Notes: generated by a model from the sequence alone, not told the origin. Numbered from the stretch's first letter, positions 27,327 through 36,207 are shown. The stretch: DNA of 38,867 nt from a virus (IMGVR_UViG_3300049982_000331:1-38867), one strand, 5' to 3'. Numbers and translations are program-made.

Positions 27327-27953
27327 TTATGCTGTTTGTTGTAATTCCAATGCGCCCCACTGCTCTGCCATTGCCTGAGCAATACCGCTAAACGTTGCGC
27401 TTCTTATTTTCCAACGATCCGCAGAAGGGGGCAAATAATGTAGCCTTTGTTGTTGATTCTTTGGCAAGGCTCTCATTTGCTCATAAACATTATGTGTTGG
27501 CACCAGCTCAGGCAAACCCTTTAGCCAAAGGCATGTTGCTTTACTTTCAGGATGGCCGAACATCCAGGGTTGAATTATTTGAGTGGGGGCTATTCCTATA
27601 ATCGATCTGGCGTATTTATGCTGTATAGGGTTTTCTATGTAAAGAGGCATATCTACTTCATACAACCTTCTAAAAAATACAGCCCCTTCAATTAAATCTT
27701 TCCACCTGAGAGTATTAGTGTATAGGTGACAAACCCCTGAATTAGATAAGAAAGTACAAGGGGGATGAAAACCGCCAAAATCAAAAGTTCTTTTCTTCAA
27801 CACGTTAAAAATATCATCCTGAATATGCCACTCGGGACGGCCACCGTAACACGGTAAGAGGTCACATGAATAAGCATTATGCCCCATTGCCCGAAAAGCT
27901 TTTGTTACTTCCTGACTGCTTTCACACCCTATTATTATTTCTAGCGGCTTCAT
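27327..27953 (-). CDS. Short phage DNA cytosine-C5 methyltransferase-like protein
   Basis: GCESS, SCDL, HPPCT (catalytic PC), IENP. Confidence 0.8.
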   Translation of the reverse strand: MKPLEIIIGCESSQEVTKAFRAMGHNAYSCDLLPCYGGRPEWHIQDDIFNVLKKRTFDFGGFHPPCTFLSNSGVCHLYTNTLRWKDLIEGAVFFRRLYEVDMPLYIENPIQHKYARSIIGIAPTQIIQPWMFGHPESKATCLWLKGLPELVPTHNVYEQMRALPKNQQQRLHYLPPSADRWKIRSATFSGIAQAMAEQWGALELQQTA

Positions 27954-29915
27954 TTAATCCTTTTTATAATATTTACTTTCATAGCTATCAGCTTTCAACA
28001 AAAGCCCTTTAGCCCATTTGATTGGTTGCCCCATTATTTTATTAATATCTTCCATGCAGTCGTTGTTTTCATCCACCTCAACAACAATCTCATCGTGCAC
28101 ATGCATTACGATCTTATACCCTACTGCATCAAGCACCAGCATAGCATGTGCAAGGCAATCACGTGCTATTGCCTGCACGATATTCTCAACCAGCTTACCT
28201 CCGTAGGTATCCTGTGTTTTCCATTGTTTGGTTGTTTGATCCATGCCTTGATAAGTGAGAGCATCAGAGCCAAATTTGCCCGGCTTTAATTCGGCTTTCA
28301 TGTAAGAGAGCACACGGCCTGAGGGTAATTCGATAAAGAGAATACCCTTTTTCATATACATCCGGATTCCGTGTGGCAATACTTCACCGTGACCGCTTAC
28401 AGTGTTGATTGCGGCATTACCTACAACATCCCATACCTCAACAATCTTCTTATTAGCATTTCGCCACATCTTCACCAGCCTTGGTAGTTCATCAGCCTCA
28501 ATACCCATCTTTAAAGCGCCCATCTTCTCAAGTGCAGCCGGTCCACCCTGGTAACCAAGTGCCAGCTCTGCTACTTTTCCTTTTTGCCTGAGAGGTGAGC
28601 CTTTTGTAACACTCTCAAGTGGCACCTTAAACATCTGTGCTGCTGACGCTTCATAGATTTTACCGTGTGTAGCAAATACATCCAATCTCCAACGCTCACC
28701 CGCTAACCAGGCAATAACACGGGCTTCGATTGCTGAGAAGTCAGCTATAACAAACTTCTTCCCCTCAGGTGCAACAAAAGCAGTGCGTATAAGCTGCGAA
28801 AGGGTATCAGGCACATTACCAAAAAGCATTTCAATTAAATCTGAGTCGTTTTCCCGTACAAGCTCCCTGGCAAGGTCTAAGTCTGGTAAATGGTTTTGTG
28901 GTAAGTTCTGCACCTGTATCAACCTCCCAGCCCATCTGCCAGTGCGATTGGCGCCGTAATACTGCAACAAGCCCCTAACCCTGTTATCACTACAGATAAC
29001 ATTGCTCATAGCCTCATACTTCTTAACTGAGGTCTTTGACATTTCCTGCCTTATCTGCAAAACCTTTTGAATAGTCTGTTGGCTTATATACCCCGCTGCT
29101 TTTTCAATCAACACCGGCACATCTTCCTTTCTTAACTTATCAATATCATCTAACGGCATTTCAGTTGTGAGCCATTGTTTAAGTTGTGCAGCACTGTTAG
29201 GATTGTTAAGGCCTGTTAGCTTGATAGCCTCAGCAGTCATTCTCTCACGGAAAATTGCATCAATGGAAATAGCATTACTGACAAAAGCAGGATCGAGTAA
29301 AACGCCTGTGTCATTTATCTTTTGATCTAATTGCCAAAGCTTTTTTTCTGTGTCGGGAATTGTGAAGAATGAAATTTTATCCCTTATGGCTTTCTCAACA
29401 ACAACATCCTGCCTGCAATACTCTTTGAATTGCTCCCATTTTTCCGGGTTGTGCTCAGGTAAATTGCGTGTACGTCCACCGTTGCTGATTGTAGGCTTGC
29501 AGGGGATAGAGAAATAACGAATGAGAGCTTTACCAGCGTTATCTTTTTTAGCTTCCAGCTTCAAAGCTTTTGCAGCAGCATCAAGACTTAAAGGCAGGCC
29601 AAGCATAGAGGCTTTTGCCATTGAGCATTCCCATTCATTTAAAGGAAGAGGATCATAAAAACGTTTGTTTAAACAAGTCCTTTCAAAGTTTGCATTGTAG
29701 GCTGTTTTTAAAACACTCTTATCTTTCAAGGCTAAAACAACTTTTTGTGGTACCCATTCACCACTTGCAAGATCAACAACCTGCACCGGCTCATCATCGA
29801 ATGAATAAGCAAATAAGAGAATCGCAAAATCAGGATCTTGCACATATTTATAAACCCCGGACTTTAAAAGGTCAGTGCCGCTGTAGGTTTCAATATCAAT
29901 GTTGAGAGTTGTCAT
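27954..29915 (-). CDS. Family A DNA polymerase with 3'-5' exonuclease
   Basis: DIET, YNANFE, RTGRW, DFSAIEAR, RQKGKVAELALGY, HVHDE. Confidence 0.96.
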   Translation of the reverse strand: MTTLNIDIETYSGTDLLKSGVYKYVQDPDFAILLFAYSFDDEPVQVVDLASGEWVPQKVVLALKDKSVLKTAYNANFERTCLNKRFYDPLPLNEWECSMAKASMLGLPLSLDAAAKALKLEAKKDNAGKALIRYFSIPCKPTISNGGRTRNLPEHNPEKWEQFKEYCRQDVVVEKAIRDKISFFTIPDTEKKLWQLDQKINDTGVLLDPAFVSNAISIDAIFRERMTAEAIKLTGLNNPNSAAQLKQWLTTEMPLDDIDKLRKEDVPVLIEKAAGYISQQTIQKVLQIRQEMSKTSVKKYEAMSNVICSDNRVRGLLQYYGANRTGRWAGRLIQVQNLPQNHLPDLDLARELVRENDSDLIEMLFGNVPDTLSQLIRTAFVAPEGKKFVIADFSAIEARVIAWLAGERWRLDVFATHGKIYEASAAQMFKVPLESVTKGSPLRQKGKVAELALGYQGGPAALEKMGALKMGIEADELPRLVKMWRNANKKIVEVWDVVGNAAINTVSGHGEVLPHGIRMYMKKGILFIELPSGRVLSYMKAELKPGKFGSDALTYQGMDQTTKQWKTQDTYGGKLVENIVQAIARDCLAHAMLVLDAVGYKIVMHVHDEIVVEVDENNDCMEDINKIMGQPIKWAKGLLLKADSYESKYYKKD

Positions 29916-30308
29916 TTACAATACTTCAAGGTTTTCGCTTACTACAGTGTATTCATACTTTTTTAGAGCCAGTTCCATAAAACCTTTAGCTAATCTTAAA
30001 TGCGCCCCCTCATGTAAAGAGTTGCATTCAACAATACCTTTGTATCTTCTAAAATGACCGCTGTTACTGTCACCCCTCATTTCTAATACCTCCCCTACAT
30101 AAATCTCTTTGTCGTTTTTGTCTTTTAATCCAGTGTATTGTCCTACGGTTTCGGGGATAACTTCATCCCAAGTAAAAGTGTCAACATTTTGGCTTGATAC
30201 AATTTCCGGATGGTATTTACTATTTTCAGCATCCTTTACCATTACTAAATTCCCATAAACCCATTCGCGGTTATCTACTCGTTTGCCTCTAAATTTTATC
30301 TCTCTCAT
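29916..30308 (-). CDS. YopX family protein
   Basis: MREIKFRGK...GQYTGLKDKNDKEIY. Confidence 0.9.
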   Translation of the reverse strand: MREIKFRGKRVDNREWVYGNLVMVKDAENSKYHPEIVSSQNVDTFTWDEVIPETVGQYTGLKDKNDKEIYVGEVLEMRGDSNSGHFRRYKGIVECNSLHEGAHLRLAKGFMELALKKYEYTVVSENLEVL

Positions 30309-30631
30309 TTCTTTACTTTATTTGCTTCCTGCTTAATAGCCTGGAAATTGTCAATAATATATTTTTTCACCCCTGCGTGATTGCAGTTGTTGTCATACAA
30401 CCACATCATGTAAACTGCTGGTACCTCAATCATCTTTTTACCCATGTATTTACCAAAAGGCATTGCATGATTGTCTGTAATTTCTTCTGATGGTTCAACT
30501 GTTTTCACCGGGGTAACTTTAGTAAGTGAAGCACCGTACAATACCGCTTTCCTTATTCTCCATTTTTCCTCAGTGCTTAGTTCCTTAAAAGCCATTGCAT
30601 AACTGTCAGCAGCGTTTGTGATAAGGTCCAT
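30305..30631 (-). CDS. DUF3820-like protein
   Basis: MPFGKYMGKKMIEVPAVYMMW. Confidence 0.75.
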   Translation of the reverse strand: MDLITNAADSYAMAFKELSTEEKWRIRKAVLYGASLTKVTPVKTVEPSEEITDNHAMPFGKYMGKKMIEVPAVYMMWLYDNNCNHAGVKKYIIDNFQAIKQEANKVKK

Positions 30632-30643
30632 AATAAAGAAGTT

Positions 30644-30668
30644 AAAAAAAGAGGGTTGTTAGCCCTCT
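30644..30668 (-). terminator. Intrinsic terminator after the SSB gene
   Basis: Minus strand AGAGGG-CTAACAA-CCCTCT-TTTTTT. Confidence 0.75.
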
Positions 30669-30691
30669 ATAGAACAGGGGGTTAGTAAATA

Positions 30692-31519
30692 CTACATTAA
30701 ATCATCATCCTCACCATCTGCTACCTCAGCAAAATCTTCCTCAGCACTTGCTCTACCGCTAAGAGGCTCACCGTCTTTGGTTTTCATAATGTTGTTAAGT
30801 CCACATGCAATCCCTTTATTGCCGCTGGTGTTGAATGCATAAAAGGTAATTGAGGCAAGACCATAGCAACCGCTATACAATTCATCTTTGTCAAGTATTT
30901 TGTTTTTTGCCTTGTCAATTACACCTGGTTGCATCTTCGCATTGGCGTTAATGAAATAGGCATTTTTGTAAGCCTCATCCTCCGGCCTTTCCTCGTCCCC
31001 ATCACGCAAAGGGGTTTTAAGGTTGGCAGGTATTTTACCGCCAAACTTCGCCTTACCCTGCTCTTTAGCTGCTTCAATAGCTCGCTTGATCTTATTAATC
31101 GTAACCTTATCATCTTTAGGGATGATCAGAGAGGCAGAATACTTTTTATCCTGACTATCATTAATTGCGCTTGGCTCCCATATATGCAGGTAACTGAAAC
31201 GCACCGTGCCTGTAACCACTTTGGTTGATGGCAGTTCTTGTGTTGCTGTACTCATTTGTTTTATTTTTTGTTTTGAGAATGATATAGGTTTTTTTATACA
31301 ATCGCCATCGATCCATTTTTTATTGGTTCTTATAAACCAATCTGCAAAAGCCCTTTTTTTACCCCCGTAGCTTCTGCCAATTTTCTTAAAGTATCCTTTG
31401 CGGGCAAGTCTGTTAATTTTCTTCCTCCAGTTATCTTCACTCCAATTTGGAGCAACTGAATATTCTTGGCCGGGCTTTATTTTGTTTAGAAATTTTTCCC
31501 AATTGACTTCGCTTTTCAT
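30692..31519 (-). CDS. DUF2815 single-stranded DNA-binding protein (core 30692-31255) with in-frame 88-aa upstream extension
   Basis: VRFSY, KYSASLIIPK, PLRDGD, YSGCY, GNKGIACGLNN, acidic tail. Confidence 0.9.
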   Translation of the reverse strand: MKSEVNWEKFLNKIKPGQEYSVAPNWSEDNWRKKINRLARKGYFKKIGRSYGGKKRAFADWFIRTNKKWIDGDCIKKPISFSKQKIKQMSTATQELPSTKVVTGTVRFSYLHIWEPSAINDSQDKKYSASLIIPKDDKVTINKIKRAIEAAKEQGKAKFGGKIPANLKTPLRDGDEERPEDEAYKNAYFINANAKMQPGVIDKAKNKILDKDELYSGCYGLASITFYAFNTSGNKGIACGLNNIMKTKDGEPLSGRASAEEDFAEVADGEDDDLM

Positions 31520-31524
31520 AGCCT

Positions 31525-32673
31525 TTAGATATTTGCAAAGTCAAGTTTTGCACTTTCAAGGGAATTTAATTCAGGTCTTTTATCGCTTGCAGGCACAAGG
31601 CAAGGTTTGCCAGCAGGTTTAATGATGAGGTCAGAGAGGTATAATGAAAATTCTTTTTTGCCTATTTCCTTTTCAAGCTCAGTGATACCTTTGAGCTTTG
31701 CAGTTAATATCTGCTCACTGGCAAAACCTTTTTCCATCAACACTTTTACCGCTTTAATTGGATCAGCTATTTTCCTGTTACTACGACCTTCAACAAGCTT
31801 GTAACCAGGCCACGTTTTACCTTGATTAAGTGCCTCATCGAGAGCATAAACCTCTATTGAACTTATCCAATTAGTAAAGAGATCAGCCCTATTGAGTATG
31901 TCCGATATTTCCTTATCAGTCAACAGCGTAGGATCTTTAAAGTCATACTTTGCCAGCTCAAGGTTTTTATCTGCCAGTGCCTTACAAACTGCTTTGGCTT
32001 TACAAAATTGGCAATGATTGCCTGCAACATATTCCCCCTCACCTGCAAAAGCAAGTTCTGCTTTGGGTCTTAATTCTGTCTCAGCCCATTGCCTTAATTC
32101 GTCAACCGATAACTCAAAAGAGGAAATGTTGTTAATGCGGGGTTGGTAGATGATCATCGTAACCTCAGTGATATCATACATCCAATCAAATTCCTTTAAA
32201 GCGCCTAAAGCATACAGCATGAGTTGCTTGTTGTTATCAGCATACACAGGCACACCTTTACCATATTTGAGATCGATAAGTACAAGCTTGTTGCCTGAGA
32301 CAATTACAACATCCCCTGTACCAAACCCTTCAGGCACATACTCAGTCATATCAAGCTTTTGCTCTAATAAGATAACAGGATTTGACAGGCTGTTGACTTG
32401 TTCGTTTACGTATGTTGCATATTCATCGCAATACTCATACATGCTCTCACAATAGTGCTCACTTGCCTCTATTTCAGCAAGGTCTTTCTTGAATTTTTTA
32501 GTATTGATATGACCTAGTCTAAATCTGATTATTAACTCACCAAGCGAATGAGCCAAAGTGCCTTCTTCAGCAAAGGCACTTGTCTTTTCGGGAAATTGCT
32601 GCTCAAGCCGTGCACTTGGAGTGCAGGCTAACCAACGAGAAGCACCTGAGGGGGAAAGGATGGCGTGCGACAT
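31525..32673 (-). CDS. DUF2800 PD-(D/E)XK Cas4-like exonuclease
   Basis: HAILSPSGASRWLAC, GFGTGD, IDLKYG, QLMLYA, CQFCKAKAVC. Confidence 0.92.
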   Translation of the reverse strand: MSHAILSPSGASRWLACTPSARLEQQFPEKTSAFAEEGTLAHSLGELIIRFRLGHINTKKFKKDLAEIEASEHYCESMYEYCDEYATYVNEQVNSLSNPVILLEQKLDMTEYVPEGFGTGDVVIVSGNKLVLIDLKYGKGVPVYADNNKQLMLYALGALKEFDWMYDITEVTMIIYQPRINNISSFELSVDELRQWAETELRPKAELAFAGEGEYVAGNHCQFCKAKAVCKALADKNLELAKYDFKDPTLLTDKEISDILNRADLFTNWISSIEVYALDEALNQGKTWPGYKLVEGRSNRKIADPIKAVKVLMEKGFASEQILTAKLKGITELEKEIGKKEFSLYLSDLIIKPAGKPCLVPASDKRPELNSLESAKLDFANI

Positions 32674-33077
32674 TATAAAGAGTTGACTTGTTTTAAGAAA
32701 TCAGCCCTTTGATCTTCCTTAAGGGCCGTTACCCTGGCAACTCCTATTTTCTCAAGCAGCCCTTTCACCTCTGCTATTTTGCCTGCCTGCGTTTTGGTGT
32801 GGACAGCAGCCCTTACTTCTTCAATGGGAATCACTTTTGTGGGTGTTGCTGTACCGCCCTCATCTTCATTTTCCGGCTCTTCAACTTTTTCTTTACCATT
32901 TACCGGGGCAACCTTAACGGCCTGACCATTTGTAACACTTGGCCTTTCCATCAACTCGGGTCCCGGATTGCCGTACACGACCTTGCTTCCACTAGAAGCT
33001 TTTACGTTTCCTGCCAGTGCTGAGAATATTGCAAGGGTTTCAGCATTAAACCCGATTGTAACTTTTACTTCAAACAT
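32673..33077 (-). CDS. Conserved phage protein preceding DUF2800
   Basis: ATG 33077; low-complexity linker then EEVRA...VKGLLEKIG...VTAL domain. Confidence 0.75.
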   Translation of the reverse strand: MFEVKVTIGFNAETLAIFSALAGNVKASSGSKVVYGNPGPELMERPSVTNGQAVKVAPVNGKEKVEEPENEDEGGTATPTKVIPIEEVRAAVHTKTQAGKIAEVKGLLEKIGVARVTALKEDQRADFLKQVNSL

Positions 33078-33111
33078 GATTTGTATTTTTAGAATTTTAA
33101 GCAATTAAGGT

Positions 33112-33201
33112 TTGTGTTGATGGCTCGAACACTTGCGGCTCACACTACTTGATATTATCTCAGGCTACTCCGTTCGATATTTAAGCACACCACCAACACA
33201 A
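33112..33201 (-). ncRNA. Candidate structured intergenic RNA
   Basis: 12-bp closing stem TTGTGTTGGTGG/CCATCAACACAA plus inner TCGAAC/GTTCGA stem. Confidence 0.45.
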
Positions 33202-33207
33202 TTATTT

Positions 33208-34041
33208 TTATCTTATTCTCAATTGATCTTCCTGGAATATTTCAACCCCTGCGATTTCACGCACACCTGCACCAACCGCCCTGCGTATTGCAGTCTCATC
33301 AACAATTAAATATTCCTTTGGAACTTGTGAGGTATCAGTTATTTTGAACTTCCAAACCTTTGCGGCACCTTTCAAAGCAGGCGGGGTGAAATACGCCGTT
33401 GAGGGTGCAGGCATTACAGCAAGGGGCTCAGGACTTTCATGGGCATAGCCTAACAAGTCAGCAAGTTCAGGATCTTCCTCTTGTAAGGCTTGTATTTTTG
33501 CTTCCTCTTGTAATTGAATTTTAGCTAAAAGGCCTTCGATTGTAGTAAGCCAAAGCTTATCATCATAGCTAAGAGCGTATTCAGGCAAAGTAGTATGCTC
33601 GTGTTCAAAAATTTCCCTAGGACCATAATATACAAACCCCATCCCCTCAAGCTGTTTAATCCTTGCTTGCTTTTTAAGCTCCAGGGCTTTTGCCTCTTCC
33701 TCTTGTTGGAATTTCAACACAGCAGCTTTCACCTTAGCAATTGCAGCAGGCAAACCGCTTGTAATCTCTTTGGCATGAGCGTTAATCGATCCAGCCCCAT
33801 CATTAAAAGGTTGTACAAGCTCTTTGCGTTTCTTCTCAATAGCTTTCTCAACCTTTGAGGCAATTGACAGTATTGCCATCGCTTCATCAAGCTGTTCTTT
33901 ACTCTTAATTACTATTGATTTGTTAAGCTCTGCCACTGTGAGACTTACCTGCTCTTTGGCCTTGTTGAACGGCTGCAGGTCAGCAACGATCTTTTGAGGT
34001 TCACCTGTGGCAATCAGCTCAGGTTTAATACTTGTTTGCAT
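33208..34041 (-). CDS. Coiled-coil phage protein with Gp157-like C-terminus
   Basis: IEKKRKELVQPF; WKFKITD..VPKEYLIVDE.AIR....G..EIAGVEI. Confidence 0.7.
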   Translation of the reverse strand: MQTSIKPELIATGEPQKIVADLQPFNKAKEQVSLTVAELNKSIVIKSKEQLDEAMAILSIASKVEKAIEKKRKELVQPFNDGAGSINAHAKEITSGLPAAIAKVKAAVLKFQQEEEAKALELKKQARIKQLEGMGFVYYGPREIFEHEHTTLPEYALSYDDKLWLTTIEGLLAKIQLQEEAKIQALQEEDPELADLLGYAHESPEPLAVMPAPSTAYFTPPALKGAAKVWKFKITDTSQVPKEYLIVDETAIRRAVGAGVREIAGVEIFQEDQLRIR

Positions 34042-34050
34042 AGTTGGTTT

Positions 34051-34335
34051 TTAGATTTTTTCGTACTGAGCTTTTAAACCGGCCAGATAGTGCCTTGTTT
34101 TTGCCTCATACATCATCATTATGTCATTTGATGATAGGGGTAGTAATTTTAAAATACATGTATCGTTGCTACGGCTGTGATCAGGATTACCATAAAAAAA
34201 ACTGATGCTTATGTTACCGTCATTGGGATGAACTTTAATTCTTTCGTTTCTGCTTTCAAGTTTAGCAACATGCTTTTCGATTATTGTTATTTGATCTTTC
34301 AGATCTTTACCTTTTTGTAATTGTTCGTCAGTCAT
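34051..34335 (-). CDS. Hypothetical protein
   Basis: 94 aa ORF in early operon. Confidence 0.7.
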   Translation of the reverse strand: MTDEQLQKGKDLKDQITIIEKHVAKLESRNERIKVHPNDGNISISFFYGNPDHSRSNDTCILKLLPLSSNDIMMMYEAKTRHYLAGLKAQYEKI

Positions 34336-34347
34336 GATAGTTGGTTT

Positions 34348-34443
34348 TTATTTCTTAATTACCAGCCCTTTAAAGTTGTTAACCGGCTTCTTTCTGGGCT
34401 TTGGAAGTTGTTTTTTCTTGAAAATTTTGAGTAGCTTTTTCAT
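34348..34443 (-). CDS. 31-aa highly cationic peptide (not in ORF track)
   Basis: MKKLLKIFKKKQLPKPRKKPVNNFKGLVIKK*. Confidence 0.5.
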   Translation of the reverse strand: MKKLLKIFKKKQLPKPRKKPVNNFKGLVIKK

Positions 34444-34460
34444 ATTCAATTAGTGTTTTT

Positions 34461-34490
34461 AAAAAACCCTTCTGTAGAAACAGAAGAGGC
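34461..34490 (-). terminator. Intrinsic terminator in early operon with competing pairing
   Basis: Minus strand GCCTCTTCTGT-TTCT-ACAGAAGGG-TTTTTT. Confidence 0.7.
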
Positions 34491-34579
34491 TTGTTTCTAT
34501 TCCCGAAAACCCTATGAAAAACCGACTTTAAGGCAGGGAGTCTCCATGCTTAACAGCTCAAGGATTTGTACTGCCTTAG

Positions 34580-34768
34580 TTATACTGAATAAGTGAATCT
34601 TGATTCATAATCATCATCGTCAATAAAATCATCCTGGTCAATCTGCTCAAAGCTTTTCACCGGCTTTGCACCAGTGATTTTGAGTACCAGGTAAATTCCT
34701 AAAGAGATACCAAGCCCAAAGGCTACGAAGATTGAAATGACAGCAGCAAGCGATAAAAAAGTATTCAT
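34580..34768 (-). CDS. Small single-pass membrane protein with acidic tail
   Basis: FLSLAAVISIFVAFGLGISLGIYLVL then DQDDFIDDDDYE. Confidence 0.7.
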   Translation of the reverse strand: MNTFLSLAAVISIFVAFGLGISLGIYLVLKITGAKPVKSFEQIDQDDFIDDDDYESRFTYSV

Positions 34769-34769
34769 G

Positions 34770-34886
34770 TTAATTGAGTTTAGAAGCTTTTAAACAATAT
34801 GATTTCATATCTAATCCCTGAGCAAATACAAAGGCCCTAACATAGATGTCGGCCATGATCTCAGCCATTTTTGCTTTCTTATCCAC
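34770..34886 (-). CDS. Hypothetical 38-aa protein (not in ORF track)
   Basis: GTG 34886 or ATG 34868; fills the gap between neighbouring genes. Confidence 0.4.
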   Translation of the reverse strand: MDKKAKMAEIMADIYVRAFVFAQGLDMKSYCLKASKLN

Positions 34887-35115
34887 GGATTATTAATTTA
34901 GATCGTTGATACCTTCTGTTACCGGCTGCGTCAATGCTGTACATGCTTGCAGGTATTTTATTAAGGTTTACATAGTTCTGCATGGTCTTGAGTTTTAATC
35001 CTAAAAACTCAGCAGCTTCTTTCTCTGTCATGTAAGGCTCTTGCTGCTCTAGCAAAGCATCAACAGTCCTTTCAATCTTTCTAAGCAATCTTTCTTTAAC
35101 TAATATTTCAGCCAT
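34879..35115 (-). CDS. Excisionase-like HTH protein
   Basis: YMTEKEAAEFLGL...TMQNYV...KIP...RRY. Confidence 0.8.
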   Translation of the reverse strand: MAEILVKERLLRKIERTVDALLEQQEPYMTEKEAAEFLGLKLKTMQNYVNLNKIPASMYSIDAAGNRRYQRSKLIIRG

Positions 35116-35117
35116 CT

Positions 35118-35633
35118 TTATGCAGCTTGTGTATGATTAAAATTGAGAGTTCGCAATTTTGCTTTCGTCTTGTTGACAGCCAGCCCCATGATCGAGCCGG
35201 TTAAATCGTATTCGTTTTTGGCACACAAGTGAATTGCATCTGAGTGAAAAAACTTTATCTGTGACCATTCAACAACAGAGGTGCGCACCCACTTTAACCG
35301 CTCCCCCTTTTTGCCAGCAACCATAAAAGGTTGAGTGATGAACATCTTTAAAAGCTTACCTGAGCCTTTGTAGCTTTCAATAAATCCATTTTCTTTAAGA
35401 AACTCAGCCCCCTCTTCGTCCTTTGGTATCTGCAAAAATCTCATATGGTTCTCGCTGAAATAAGTGAAGACAATGTAATTTTCGGTTTGCTTGACCCAGT
35501 CTGTTGGTAAAGTGATACGCTCCTTAAACCAGGGGAGGCACATCGCTTTGAGAATAGCACACATACATGTTGATTGAGTTGGTTTGTGAAATGATTTTTG
35601 CGGGGGTTTAAGACTTTTTAAGCTGTGTAACAA
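35118..35633 (-). CDS. Hypothetical protein
   Basis: 171 aa ORF; true start uncertain. Confidence 0.65.
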   Translation of the reverse strand: MLHSLKSLKPPQKSFHKPTQSTCMCAILKAMCLPWFKERITLPTDWVKQTENYIVFTYFSENHMRFLQIPKDEEGAEFLKENGFIESYKGSGKLLKMFITQPFMVAGKKGERLKWVRTSVVEWSQIKFFHSDAIHLCAKNEYDLTGSIMGLAVNKTKAKLRTLNFNHTQAA

Positions 35634-36013
35634 GATTTTAATTCGTATGAAAATGTATAAGAGACTTTAAAAATTGGGGTTTCAACTTTTTGCTTTACTA
35701 CCTTTTTAGGTTTTGGTAAAATGCCGTTGATTATTCTTAATAGCCATGTTTGAAACTCAGGTGAAAGCCATGCTGCAAAGTCAAGTGCAACATCTTTATG
35801 TAACCAGGTGCCGATATTATCCCCGTTGATCTTTTCAGTAACAGGGTTTAAAACTTTTAACTCAGTAATGAATTCTTTTGTCTTACCGCGGCTCAAATAT
35901 TCGCCGGCTGAACGACCGCCTACAAACCCCATTTCTTTACCGTTCACGTAGACCGTATTATCAGCAGCAATGAGCGTTATTGATTTGTTTTTATAGATAA
36001 AAAGGTGTTTCAT
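35618..36013 (-). CDS. KilA-N domain DNA-binding protein
   Basis: YVNGKEM, TKEFI, GTWLHKDVALDFAAWLSPEF; ATG 36013 coupled to the upstream TAA. Confidence 0.9.
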   Translation of the reverse strand: MKHLFIYKNKSITLIAADNTVYVNGKEMGFVGGRSAGEYLSRGKTKEFITELKVLNPVTEKINGDNIGTWLHKDVALDFAAWLSPEFQTWLLRIINGILPKPKKVVKQKVETPIFKVSYTFSYELKSCYTA

Positions 36014-36141
36014 TAGTGGCCAAAAGCTTTTAAACATTCCTGGAATATTTGATTTGCGTTGTACTCGACGCCTGCTGCATCCAACTCAGCTATTCGAGTA
36101 TATAGCATTTCAATTGCTGGTTTTAAACTTTTAGGTATCAT
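36013..36141 (-). CDS. Hypothetical 42-aa protein (not in ORF track)
   Basis: MIPKSLKPAIEMLYTRIAELDAAGVEYNANQIFQECLKAFGH*, TAATG overlap with KilA-N. Confidence 0.55.
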   Translation of the reverse strand: MIPKSLKPAIEMLYTRIAELDAAGVEYNANQIFQECLKAFGH

Positions 36142-36207
36142 ACTTATGAGTCTATTAGGGATTTACTTAGATAGCTTTAACAAAAATTGATTAAAGAGTT
36201 GCAACCT

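Noticed and set aside
31525-32673. Cas4-like nuclease as a sign of a CRISPR system
   Set aside because: Ordinary DUF2800 replication-module gene; no repeat-spacer array or other cas genes seen.
33112-33201. tRNA or known ribozyme (contains GTTCGA)
   Set aside because: No cloverleaf, weak T-stem, and no hammerhead, twister or pistol core recognised.
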